A program made the position numbers and the translations under genes. A DNA stretch of 64,000 bases, from positions 173-64,172 of the forward strand of contig JAGTRD010000003.1 of the NCBI GenBank assembly GCA_018396915.1, written 5' to 3'. This document shows, piece after piece, positions 1 through 9,672 of the stretch. Below the pieces are notes generated by a model. It worked only from the letters and a program-made list of their open reading frames with translations, searched no databases and was not told where the DNA came from. Positions within the stretch are counted from its first letter, which is position 1; each line of letters opens with the position of its first letter. The DNA is from Candidatus Bathyarchaeota archaeon. GTDB lineage: Archaea; Thermoproteota; Bathyarchaeia; 40CM-2-53-6; RBG-13-38-9.

Positions 1-682
1 GGCCGAACATGAGGTAGGTTAGGCCGACCTTCCACAACATGGTGTCCATACCAACCTCTCTCCAGCCTGAGGTTCCGTCACGCCTCGAAACCTCAGATTT
101 ACCCCTCATGATGAGGCTGCATATCAGGGCGAAGATCAAGGTCGATGCCCCCAACAACATCCAAGATAATCTCCACCCCCAACCTCCAAACATCTCATTC
201 AACCTAGGCACAATGAACCCCGTCCCTAACAAACCAACTCCACTACCGGAAGCGATCAGGCCCGATGCCGAGCCTCTCCTTCTAGTCGAAACCCATGATG
301 CTGGTAAAGTCATCGCTGAAATGTTGGCTCCACCAGACCCAACCCCAGCAAGACATCTCAAGATAAGAGCCTGAAGAAAATTCTTAGCTAATCCAGTCAA
401 GAGCATCGATGCTCCAACTAGCGTTAAAGATATGGTCATCACGACTCTTGCTCCATATTTTGACGCCAGTAAACCCCCCAAAATTGCGAACACCATATAT
501 CCAGAGAAGTTCCCCGACGCCATCAGACCCATCTGAGTGTAAGACAGCCCAAGACCTTCCTTCATCGAAGGCAGAATCATCGAATATCCGAATCGAGCAA
601 ATCCTAAACTTCCAAGAACAGCTAAATGCCCAGAAAGAATTATTAAGTAAACATGAGGCGTCTCTTCAACCTTACCCATCAT
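1..682 (-). CDS. MFS transporter, YbfB/YjiJ-like (3' part runs off the window)
   Basis: Not in ORF track. Manual translation from ATG 682: MMGKVEETPHVYLIILSGHLAVLGSLGFARFGYSMILPSMKEGLGLSYTQMGLMASGNFSGY...LASKYGARVV...RRRGSASG. MFS motifs present; open to window edge. Confidence 0.85.
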   Translation of the reverse strand, partial: MMGKVEETPHVYLIILSGHLAVLGSLGFARFGYSMILPSMKEGLGLSYTQMGLMASGNFSGYMVFAILGGLLASKYGARVVMTISLTLVGASMLLTGLAKNFLQALILRCLAGVGSGGANISAMTLPASWVSTRRRGSASGLIASGSGVGLLGTGFIVPRLNEMFGGWGWRLSWMLLGASTLIFALICSLIMRGKSEVSRRDGTSGWREVGMDTMLWKVGLTYLMFG

Positions 683-830
683 CGAACCCTACTTAATTCA
701 TAGGTTAATGATATGTTAAAAGGCATCTGCTGGGGGATGATGAGTCTGAGTCACGGTAAATTTCTTGAATCGTCCTGTGATAGCCAGTTTTAAGAAATAG
801 TGACGCGACATAAAAGGTTGGGATGTAGTA

Positions 831-1151
831 TTGGTAACGGCCAGGGAGATGGCCAAAGGCATAACGAGTCTCATCACCCTAACCCAGAGGATTGAGGCGG
901 AGATAAAAGATGTCAGGGCTGATCTTAAAGTCTTGACGGGTGGACTCGACAATATTGAGAGGCTCCTTCATGCGACCAATCAGAGGGTAGACGACCTCGA
1001 TGATAAGCTGAATACGAGGATTCAGGACCTTGACGGGAAGTTAACAGCTCGAATACAGGATCTGGATGCGAAGCTGACAGCAAGGATAGACGATCTGAAG
1101 GTAAGTTTCGGTCAGGTTAAAGAGATAGAGGCCCCTAAGGCTAAAGGGTAG
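831..1151 (+). CDS. Small coiled-coil protein with 11-residue repeats
   Basis: RVDDLDDKLNT/RIQDLDGKLTA/RIQDLDAKLTA/RIDDLK repeats; amphipathic helix throughout. Confidence 0.7.
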   Translation: MVTAREMAKGITSLITLTQRIEAEIKDVRADLKVLTGGLDNIERLLHATNQRVDDLDDKLNTRIQDLDGKLTARIQDLDAKLTARIDDLKVSFGQVKEIEAPKAKG

Positions 1152-1395
1152 ATGACTCAAATGGCATCGTTTTAATCGACACAGTTGATCATTCATATAT
1201 GTTGCCATGAGATCTGTTCTTTGCTTGGAGTTGCTGAGAATTCTGACCCTTGACTCATCTAATTGTCAGGTTAATCCACAAAGTTCACGTTCGTAAGGAA
1301 ACCTATTTATTCACGCATTTCTCCCTCAGATTAACCGTAAGATAAGATGATCTTGCGCGGCGGATTATATCGGCCTGACTGAACTTACCCTGCTA

Positions 1396-2297
1396 ATGAT
1401 TCTGCTGGTGTCCGCCATCATGGCAATAAAGATTCTGCTCAATCTCTCATCTAAACATCACCGTCGCCGATATGCTAGGATCATTAAATTCGACTTGACA
1501 GCAGGAGTTATTCTCGGGCTATTCCTCCCATGGATAGAGATTATAGGATTGGTGGCGGCAGCAGTCACCGCTGTACTTTTTCTTGGGTTATCAATTCTTA
1601 TGATGCTTGAATCAAAGTCGCTCTTCAGCCGTAAGATGAAATTATTGAGGAAGGAAAGCATCAGAGAGAGTTTCCTACATTTCTCTATCACCACATGGTT
1701 GGTAGGCATACTCACAACGTTACTGTCCATAGTTGTTCCACCATTCCTTAAACTTAGCTTGGGCTTCCTCGTTCCCTTGGCATTCGATAGTCTCTCGGTC
1801 CTCTCAGCTCTCCTAGAGTTCACTCTACCGTCGACTCCATACACTACAATCTTCGCTTTGACATTCGAATTGATAAGTCGAAGGCCTGGAGGAAATGAAA
1901 TGAGCGAAATATTTTTAGAAGATATAGAGGAGATTGCTTATGTGACAGCTCACAATCGATTCGAATTTTTTGATGCAATTAAGTCTCATTGAACAGAAGC
2001 TGGCAATAAAGAGAGATGATAGACTGACTCTTAACGGTGATGATTTGAAGATCCTCTCAGACTGGCTTGGGAGGAGACTTCGGCCAAGATCAAGATTCAA
2101 ACAAGAGACATAGTGGACCGTATAAAAATGCTGAGCCTGAACTCTTTGATCGTAAGGAATATCGTGAGGAAGTAGATCGTCCGGCAGAGTCCATAAGCAA
2201 GATGAGAGATGAGTATGGATTTTTAGTAGATAGGGATTGGACAACCGAGGCTAGAAGAAGGCTGAGTGAGCTGAGAAGTGTTTACAAGTCTCAGTGA
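1396..2297 (+). pseudogene. Membrane protein with possible C-terminal winged-helix-like part, apparently frameshifted
   Basis: Hydrophobic ORF 1396-1992 ends ...FFDAIKSH*. The +1 frame continues LIEQKLAIKRDDRLTLNG (1985-2113), and a further overlapping ORF runs 2067-2297. Confidence 0.4.
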
Positions 2298-2362
2298 CAT
2301 CAAAAATTTCACAGAGTATATATTTTGTTTCAAGCAATAATTAATGGCAGAGGCACCGAAGT

Positions 2363-3421
2363 ATGAAGGATAATTATAGAATAGCTGTTATTGAAGGGGA
2401 TGGGATAGGGCCTGACATAGTGAAAGAGGCAATAAGGGTTCTGGAGTCTGTCCAGAGCAAGTTTGGTTTTAGGCTTGAATATGTTGAGGCGCCTATGGGT
2501 GACAGGGTCAAGGAGACTCTCGGCGAGGCTGTGCCGAAAGAGTCTTTGGATGTGTTTCTAAAGTCGGATGCTGGCTTGAAGGGGCCTGTAGGCGAGACCA
2601 CTAGGGACCTTGTCCAAGCCTTAAGGTTCAACTTAGACCTCTACGCCAACATAAGACCTGCCAAGTCATACTCTACAATAACGCCGCCGGCCTTGAGGCC
2701 TGACATAGATATGATCGTTGTCAGGGAGAATACTGAGGGTCTCTACAGGGCTATGGAGGATGAGATAGTTCCCGGGGTCTGGACAACTACTGGTGTGTAT
2801 ACTGAGAAGGCCTGTGAAAGGATCGTCCGCCTATCATTTGACCTTGCAAAGAACAGGCTTGTTAGAGGTGGCAAGGGAGAGGTTGTCCTCGCCCATAAGG
2901 CAAACATATTCCGAAAGACCCATGGTATGTTCAAAGAGCTCTTCAGAAGGATCAGTGTGGATTATCCTGAAGTCAAGGCAAGAGACCTCTATGCGGATGC
3001 TGTATGCGCCTTACTGGTAAAGGAACCTCATAAATTCGACGTAATTGTGGCTGAAAATCTGATCGCTGACCTTCTCAGCGACTTGGCAGGGCAGGTTGCT
3101 GGAGGATTAGGAATGACTGCGGCTACGAACTTCAACATGGAGAGGGGGATAGGATACTTTGAGCCGACTCACGGTTGCGCTTATGATATAGCTGGAACTG
3201 GTAAGGCAAATCCAATAGGCCAAATATCCTCAGCAGGATTGATGCTTGAATTCTTGGGTAACTATCATCAGGATAGACGTCTACTCGATGCTTCACGTTC
3301 AATTGAGATTGCTGTTGAGAAATATCTTACAGGCTCACCGAGGGAAGATTTGCCAATAGAGCTCGGAGGCAGAGCGAACACCTTGAAGGTTGGCGAAAGA
3401 ATCTCAAGACTCATCACTTGA
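2363..3421 (+). CDS. Isocitrate/isopropylmalate dehydrogenase family beta-decarboxylating dehydrogenase
   Basis: GDGIGP, LYANIRP, RENTEGLY, HKAN, DLLSD, EPTHG motifs; substrate not resolvable. Confidence 0.9.
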   Translation: MKDNYRIAVIEGDGIGPDIVKEAIRVLESVQSKFGFRLEYVEAPMGDRVKETLGEAVPKESLDVFLKSDAGLKGPVGETTRDLVQALRFNLDLYANIRPAKSYSTITPPALRPDIDMIVVRENTEGLYRAMEDEIVPGVWTTTGVYTEKACERIVRLSFDLAKNRLVRGGKGEVVLAHKANIFRKTHGMFKELFRRISVDYPEVKARDLYADAVCALLVKEPHKFDVIVAENLIADLLSDLAGQVAGGLGMTAATNFNMERGIGYFEPTHGCAYDIAGTGKANPIGQISSAGLMLEFLGNYHQDRRLLDASRSIEIAVEKYLTGSPREDLPIELGGRANTLKVGERISRLIT

Positions 3422-3498
3422 ATCCGCCTAAAGACCACCTGTCTCGAATCGAGTTTCATGACCATAATCTTAATTATGTTTAGATTGAGACTGATCTT

Positions 3499-4707
3499 AT
3501 GGGGATGTTCGAGTTGCAACTTAGAATGAACTTCTCAATACAACTTCCTAGAAAGATAATATTCGGGGATGATGCCTTCAAAGAGGTTCCGGACCTAGTC
3601 AAGGCTTTCAATCCTAGATCAGTCCTTATCGTGACGGATCCGGTTATTAGGAAGATAGGGGCCGCCGAAAAAATATCTGAACCCCTCCAAAGTGCAGGTG
3701 TCAATGTTGAAGTTTACGATCAAGTTGAGCCTGAGCCCAGTGTGGAGGCGGCTGAGGCTGTTGTAAACTCAGCCAGGAGTTCACGTTGCGACTTGGTCAT
3801 AGGTTTGGGTGGTGGCAGCTCTATGGATATGGCGAAGTTGGCCTCAATAAGCATAACAAACCAAAATCCGATATCTGACTTTGTGGGAGTTGGTAAAGTT
3901 CCGAAACCCGGCGTACCTAAAATCCTGATTCCAACAACCGCCGGGACAGGCGCCGAGATAACTATGAACGCCATAATCTCCAATAGGGTGGAACATCTGA
4001 AAATGGGGATCGTAAGCCCCCACATCATAGCTGATGTAGCTGTAATCGATCCCCTGCTTACGTTAACCATGCCTCCCAGCGTTACAGCATCCACTGGGCT
4101 CGACGCCCTTACCCATGCTATAGAATCTTTGATGTCTATTGAACTCAATCCATTCTGTGAACCCCTAGCCTTGGAGGCTGTCAGACTCATCTTCAGGAGT
4201 CTACCGAAAGCGTACAGGGATGGTAACAACCTGGAAGCTAGGAGGGAGATGTCCTTAGCTGCCATGTTCGCAGGCATCTCCCTCGCCATCTCAGGCGTAT
4301 GTGCAGGCCACGCAGCCGCATACTCCTTCACAGTCACCGTCCCCCATGGCGTGGCCTGCGCCCTAGCCCTACCATACGTCATGGAGATGAATGCACAAGC
4401 ATGTCCATCCAGACTCGTCTCGGTTGCCGAGGCGGCTGGCGTAAAGAGGGAGGGTGCCGGCCAGATGGAGAACGTGTACAACGCGGTCTCTGCTGTCAGG
4501 GGGTTGATGGAGAATGTTAAGAGCCCCCTATCGTTGATGGATATTGGTATAAAAGAGGCTGATCTCGACCATATGGCTGAGAAGATGCTTACTGTCAAGA
4601 GGCTGCTCGTACGAAACCCGAAGGTCCTGACAGAGGAGGATGCAAAGATACTTATGCGCAGAATGTATGCTGGGGAACAGTTGCCTCTATCGGAATATAA
4701 GGGTTAA
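3499..4707 (+). CDS. Iron-containing alcohol dehydrogenase
   Basis: GGGSSMD, PTTAGTGAE, DALTHAIE, GH...HG metal ligands. Confidence 0.92.
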   Translation: MGMFELQLRMNFSIQLPRKIIFGDDAFKEVPDLVKAFNPRSVLIVTDPVIRKIGAAEKISEPLQSAGVNVEVYDQVEPEPSVEAAEAVVNSARSSRCDLVIGLGGGSSMDMAKLASISITNQNPISDFVGVGKVPKPGVPKILIPTTAGTGAEITMNAIISNRVEHLKMGIVSPHIIADVAVIDPLLTLTMPPSVTASTGLDALTHAIESLMSIELNPFCEPLALEAVRLIFRSLPKAYRDGNNLEARREMSLAAMFAGISLAISGVCAGHAAAYSFTVTVPHGVACALALPYVMEMNAQACPSRLVSVAEAAGVKREGAGQMENVYNAVSAVRGLMENVKSPLSLMDIGIKEADLDHMAEKMLTVKRLLVRNPKVLTEEDAKILMRRMYAGEQLPLSEYKG

Positions 4708-4802
4708 CAGTTCCCCCACCTCAATCCGTCTCATAGCATGTATAGAGTCGTCAGGGCGAAAGGCCTCAAGGATCGATGGGAGTATAGTTACCAGGTTGAT
4801 GT

Positions 4803-6917
4803 TTGAAGATGAGTGTGGATGAAGGCATGGATCCGCTTGACAACTTCTTCACACCCCGAAGTGTAGCCATCGTAGGTGCCTCATCGAAACCTGGAAAGAT
4901 AGGCCACGAGATTGTAAGAAACATTTCACAGTATGATTATAAGGGTCGGGTATACCCTGTGAACCCGACTGCTGAGTCGATACTCGGGCTGAAATGTTAC
5001 AGGACCATAAGTGATGTTGAAGATTCGGTGGACCTTGCGGTTTTTGTAGCGGCTTCAAACATCTTACCAGAACTTGTTGAGGAGGCTTGCAGGAAGGGCG
5101 TGAGAAACGCGATTATAGTCTCAGGTGGCTTCAAGGAGATGGGTGGCGAGGGGGTAAAGTATGAGGAGCAGATCGTCTCGACCGCCCGGAAATTCGGTAT
5201 GAGGATAATTGGTCCAAACTGTATAGGTGTCTTCGACAGCACAACAAGGCTGGACACGTTCTTCTATCCGCATGACCGAATGGTCAGGCCTCCACCTGGA
5301 GGAGTATCCTTCGTCACTCAGAGTGGCACCTTCGGCCTAACCTTCCTTGAATGGGCAACAAACTCGAGGATGGGTGTGAGGAGGCTCGTCAGCTTGGGTA
5401 ATAGATGTGACGTCAATGAGTTGGACATGCTCAGGTATCTTGGCCGCGATCCATTAACGAAGGTTATCGCCCTACACTTGGAGAGTCTAACTGATGGGAG
5501 GCAACTTGTGAAGGAGGCTAGGGAGGTCTCGTCTAGAAAGCATATAGTGACCTTGAAGACAGGTAGGGTGGAGGAGTCTAAGGCAGCCCTCAGCCACACA
5601 GGGGCGATTACTGGGTCTTACCAGGTTTGCATGTCGGTCTTGAAGGATTCAGGGATGATCCTCGTCGACTCTTTCGAGGAGCTCTTCGACGTGTCGAAGG
5701 CGCTGGAGAAGCAGCCTCCCGCTAAGGGCAGTAATGTTACGATTGTAACAAATGCGGCGGGTCCATCGGTAGCGGCAGCTGACCTATGTCACGAGTATGG
5801 CTTCAATATTGTTGAGTATTCTGAGGGGACCATGAAGAGGCTTCGTTCAACCCTTCCACCATACGCTGTGATAGGGGAGTATGTCGATCTGACAGGTAGT
5901 GCAACAAGTGAAGACTATCAAAAGACATTCGAGATTGTTCTTGAAGAACCTAACATAGACGCCGTAATCTGCTTTGTAGTATTTTTGAATCCCCCTATCA
6001 CACCTGAAGTCATCAAGATCATATCGAATGTACGAAATTTCGGGAAACCGATAGTTTGCTGGGCTACAGGGGGTGAATATTCCCAGAGGCTCATAGAGAG
6101 ACTTGAGGAGGCTGGTATTCCAGTATATCCGACGACTGAGAGAGTCATAAGATCTCTAAGGGGGCTCATAGAGGCTGGTTCTTTGAGAGTCTGGTCTGAA
6201 CCTGAACCTGTCCAAGCCGACAGAGAGAGGGTGGGCAGGATAATTTGCAAAGTCTTATCGGAGGGCCGCGACATGTTGACTGAGCAGGAGAGCAAGGATA
6301 TCCTCAGAGCCTACGGAATTAAGACGACTGTTGAGTATGTAGCGAAGTCTGCGGTTGAGGCTGGGGACCTCGCCTCAAAGATAGGTTTCCCCGTTGTAAT
6401 GAAGATTCTTTCACCAGATATAACGCATAAGTCTGATGTCGGCGGCGTATTGACCGATATTAGAAGTCCCCAGGAGGCGTCTGAGGCTTTCAATGTGATA
6501 GTTAAGAATGTTAGGAGGAGTAGGCCAGAAGCTAGGTTTGAGGGAGTTATAGTTGAGAATCAGCTGCCCAGAGGCGTAGAGGTTCTTGTAGGCGCAACAG
6601 TAGACAGAGACTTCGGTCCTGTCGTAGCCTTCGGCCTCGGAGGCATATTCGTCGAGGCCTTCAGGGACGTCTCTTACGGTTTGGCGCCCCTCTCAGAGAG
6701 TGACGCTTTGAGGGTTATCTCCAGAACAAACGTGGCCAAGCTGCTTTCGGGATTCAGAGGATTTGGACCTGCCGATTTGAAGGGTCTCTCAACCCTTCTG
6801 AGAAGGGTGTCTTACCTGGCTTATGAGCAGCCGATAGTTGAGATGGACCTCAACCCTGTAATCGTCACGTCGAGGGATTGTACTGTTGCAGATGCGAGGA
6901 TAAGGATAAAGGTTTGA
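4803..6917 (+). CDS. acd: Acetate/acyl-CoA ligase (ADP-forming), fused alpha-beta subunits
   Basis: CoA-binding VAIVGAS, GPNC, phospho-His SHTG, C-terminal ATP-grasp HKSDVGGV...DLNP...DARI. Confidence 0.92.
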   Translation: MKMSVDEGMDPLDNFFTPRSVAIVGASSKPGKIGHEIVRNISQYDYKGRVYPVNPTAESILGLKCYRTISDVEDSVDLAVFVAASNILPELVEEACRKGVRNAIIVSGGFKEMGGEGVKYEEQIVSTARKFGMRIIGPNCIGVFDSTTRLDTFFYPHDRMVRPPPGGVSFVTQSGTFGLTFLEWATNSRMGVRRLVSLGNRCDVNELDMLRYLGRDPLTKVIALHLESLTDGRQLVKEAREVSSRKHIVTLKTGRVEESKAALSHTGAITGSYQVCMSVLKDSGMILVDSFEELFDVSKALEKQPPAKGSNVTIVTNAAGPSVAAADLCHEYGFNIVEYSEGTMKRLRSTLPPYAVIGEYVDLTGSATSEDYQKTFEIVLEEPNIDAVICFVVFLNPPITPEVIKIISNVRNFGKPIVCWATGGEYSQRLIERLEEAGIPVYPTTERVIRSLRGLIEAGSLRVWSEPEPVQADRERVGRIICKVLSEGRDMLTEQESKDILRAYGIKTTVEYVAKSAVEAGDLASKIGFPVVMKILSPDITHKSDVGGVLTDIRSPQEASEAFNVIVKNVRRSRPEARFEGVIVENQLPRGVEVLVGATVDRDFGPVVAFGLGGIFVEAFRDVSYGLAPLSESDALRVISRTNVAKLLSGFRGFGPADLKGLSTLLRRVSYLAYEQPIVEMDLNPVIVTSRDCTVADARIRIKV

Positions 6918-6929
6918 GTTGGTTTGAGC

Positions 6930-8783
6930 CTACTTCCTATGTATGATGTCTGCAACCCAGCCTAGACCTAGATCCCTTAGTTTACATTCATCAGGCTTCC
7001 CATCCTCGTCGAGTCTCCGCTCCCTATAATACTCCTCGAGCATCACATCCAGTTCAACTATCTGCCCTTTTGCAGGTCCTTCATTCACAGATTCTTTGAG
7101 GAACCTCTCAGGGAGGGTGTCGTCCTTTCTTGTGATTCCCATCCTATTGTTGAAGGCACGTTGAAGGTTCCATATTCTCTCACCTATCTTCATGAATTCT
7201 TCAAATGTTAAGGTCTTGCCTGTCACGGCTCCATAGTATTCGGTGAGTATCCTTAATGGGAGCTTTCCCCAGAAGACCATGAACTTACATATTCCAAGGG
7301 AGTCTACGGCGCAGCAGAGGTCTTGGTAAACCTTGGCCATGCGGCCTTTATCCTTCGTCGAGAAGCCGTCTACAGGCTCCTTCCATGGAAGTTCGGGGCT
7401 GAGCAGATTCCTCTCAACGAGCATCGGTGAACCCCTGTTATGGTTTGCTCCAACATTTGACGTTGCGTATGCGACTGCCATAGATTTGAACTTTCGTGGA
7501 TTATGCTCAGGGAACTCCAGGCCCTTAACATGTATAGCGTACTTCTCTGAGCCTTTACCTATCACTTGGGATGCCCTACGAACACCCTCGCCGAGTATGG
7601 CTCCTAAACCTTCCTTCCTCCCTATGAGTTCACACATCTTTACGACGGCGTCTGGATTCCCCCATGTCAGGTCGACGCCGCTGGTGTCTTGCAGGATCCC
7701 TTTCTCATAACATTCCATTGCGAAAGCTATGGCTTGACCTGTCGAGATGGTGTCTATGCCAAGCCTGTTGCAGATGTCGTTTGCTTTAGCTATGGATTCC
7801 AAGTTGCTATTGTAACATAGTGAGCCTAGGGCAGCCATGGTCTCATATTCAGGGCCGCTCCCCTCCATAGCGTATGGGCCGCTGGGCACCTTCACCTTCC
7901 TTCCACATGCTATTGGACATGTCTTGCATGGGTTTGGGCCGACTAGAATCTTCTGGGTCATCGTTGAACCTGTTATATTCTCAGCTTCAGGGAAGGTTCC
8001 CCTTGTCCAGTTTCTTATGGGGAGGTTCCCATTCTGCTCGAAGACTATAAGGCCTGCCGCTGTTCCATGTTCCCTGAGAGTTTTAGTGTTTGGGAGTGCT
8101 ATGTTCAAAGCTTCTCTCCTCAACTCGTCTAGCCTCTCAGGATCTGAAACCGTAATCTTTCCCGATCCTTTACATGCTATGGCCTTCAGGTTCTTTGAAC
8201 CCATCACCGCTCCCATGCCGCATCTTCCTGCGGCCCTGCTGTCATCTGATATGATGCTTGCTATCTTTACGAGTTTCTCACCTGCAGGCCCTATTGCTAT
8301 GACTGAGATCGACCTATCATGCAGTTCCTCCCTCACCGCATCTACAGTCTCAAAAGTATCCATACCCCACAGGCTCTTCGCACTCTTGACCTCCACCTGA
8401 TCGTTATGGATCCATATGTAGGCAGGGTTCTCAGCCCTTCCCTTCACAATCAAGCCGTCGTATCCTGATTGCTTCAGGTCTATACCAAAAGGTGCTGAGA
8501 ATATCGACTCCCCATATATTCCTGTGAGAGGCGATTTGGAGACTACTGTCGTCTTGATCCCGCATGGAATATTTGTGCCTACGAAGGCGCCTGTCATAAA
8601 TATGATTATGTTTTCGGGGCCTAGGGGATCTGTCTCAGGCCCAACCTCCCTGAATAGTATGTTAGATGCTATGCCCTCGCCGCCAAGAAAGTTGTATGCA
8701 AGTTCCATGTCGAGACTCTGCTTTTTAACTTCTCCACTTGAAAGGTTTACCCAAAGAATCTTTCCAGCATATCCGTGAACCAT
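6930..8783 (-). CDS. aor: Tungsten aldehyde:ferredoxin oxidoreductase family
   Basis: KSPLTG, AGRCGMGAVMGSKNLKA, CKTCPIAC, EYET, DTISTG, DSLGICKF. Confidence 0.93.
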   Translation of the reverse strand: MVHGYAGKILWVNLSSGEVKKQSLDMELAYNFLGGEGIASNILFREVGPETDPLGPENIIIFMTGAFVGTNIPCGIKTTVVSKSPLTGIYGESIFSAPFGIDLKQSGYDGLIVKGRAENPAYIWIHNDQVEVKSAKSLWGMDTFETVDAVREELHDRSISVIAIGPAGEKLVKIASIISDDSRAAGRCGMGAVMGSKNLKAIACKGSGKITVSDPERLDELRREALNIALPNTKTLREHGTAAGLIVFEQNGNLPIRNWTRGTFPEAENITGSTMTQKILVGPNPCKTCPIACGRKVKVPSGPYAMEGSGPEYETMAALGSLCYNSNLESIAKANDICNRLGIDTISTGQAIAFAMECYEKGILQDTSGVDLTWGNPDAVVKMCELIGRKEGLGAILGEGVRRASQVIGKGSEKYAIHVKGLEFPEHNPRKFKSMAVAYATSNVGANHNRGSPMLVERNLLSPELPWKEPVDGFSTKDKGRMAKVYQDLCCAVDSLGICKFMVFWGKLPLRILTEYYGAVTGKTLTFEEFMKIGERIWNLQRAFNNRMGITRKDDTLPERFLKESVNEGPAKGQIVELDVMLEEYYRERRLDEDGKPDECKLRDLGLGWVADIIHRK

Positions 8784-8860
8784 GTCTTGATGCGACTCCT
8801 ACAATTATATTATGCTGTATAAAATTTAAGTCTTCAAGTTAAGACTTTGATTTTGTCAGC

Positions 8861-9613
8861 TCAATGAATCGTCCAGCCACCATCCACGGGGAGGACAGCT
8901 CCGGTGATGATGCCGGCCTCATCGCTTACGAGGAAGGAGACGGCGGCTGCAACCTCATCTTGGGTTGCCAGACGCTTCAGGGGGATATTGTCCATTACGA
9001 AATTTCTGAACTCTGGGTCGGCCAGCATCTTCTCTGTGAATGGTGTCTCTACGAATGTTGGTGCGACAGCATTCACCCTTATATTGTATCTTGCCCATTC
9101 ATAGGCGAGTACACGGGTAACCTGATCTACTCCACCTTTACTCGCGCAGTAGGCTGCCCTGTAAGGTAGGGCTACTTTACCTGCTTGGGATGAGATGTTC
9201 ACTATAACACCCTTCCTTCTGGGTATCATGGACTGTACTCCCACCGCTTGACAGCAGAAGAATAGGCCTTTGAGGTTTGTGTCGACGATGGTGTCCCAGG
9301 CTTCGACCGTAACTTCTTCAGCCCTCTGTGGAATGTTGACTCCTGCACTGTTTACTAATATGTCTATCTCACCGAATTCTCGGCGGGTTCTCCTCACGGC
9401 TTCCTGAATCTCATTGGTCTTATTCACATCGACGGAGTACCATTTACATCTTCGACCCAACCTGAGAATCTCCTCCCCTGTCTGGGCGAGTTTACTCTCT
9501 GTACGCCCCCAAAGGATAAGGTCGGCGCCATCTCTTGCTAGTCTTATGGCTGAGGCTCTTCCGAGGCCGCTCCCCGCCCCTGTCACTAAAGCTATCTTTC
9601 CAGATAGCACCAT
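8861..9613 (-). CDS. SDR oxidoreductase (gluconate 5-dehydrogenase/KduD-like)
   Basis: TGAGSGLG, NSAG, YCASK, VDGG. Confidence 0.88.
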   Translation of the reverse strand: MVLSGKIALVTGAGSGLGRASAIRLARDGADLILWGRTESKLAQTGEEILRLGRRCKWYSVDVNKTNEIQEAVRRTRREFGEIDILVNSAGVNIPQRAEEVTVEAWDTIVDTNLKGLFFCCQAVGVQSMIPRRKGVIVNISSQAGKVALPYRAAYCASKGGVDQVTRVLAYEWARYNIRVNAVAPTFVETPFTEKMLADPEFRNFVMDNIPLKRLATQDEVAAAVSFLVSDEAGIITGAVLPVDGGWTIH

Positions 9614-9672
9614 TCAAATCCTCACCTATTGAGATCATTATCTCATTGGTTAAATCAGTCTTGCGTTTGCCA

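Noticed and set aside
39..696. Plus-strand ORFs 39-374 and 409-696
   Set aside because: Antisense shadows of the minus-strand MFS transporter (682 to window edge).
1963..1972. GAATTTTTTG as a programmed -1 frameshift site
   Set aside because: The plausible continuation is in the +1/-2 frame and there is no proper X XXY YYZ heptamer.
3720..4598. Long antisense ORFs (this one, 24752-25435, 54460-55104 and similar)
   Set aside because: Codon-register mirror images of well-supported genes with no independent motifs.
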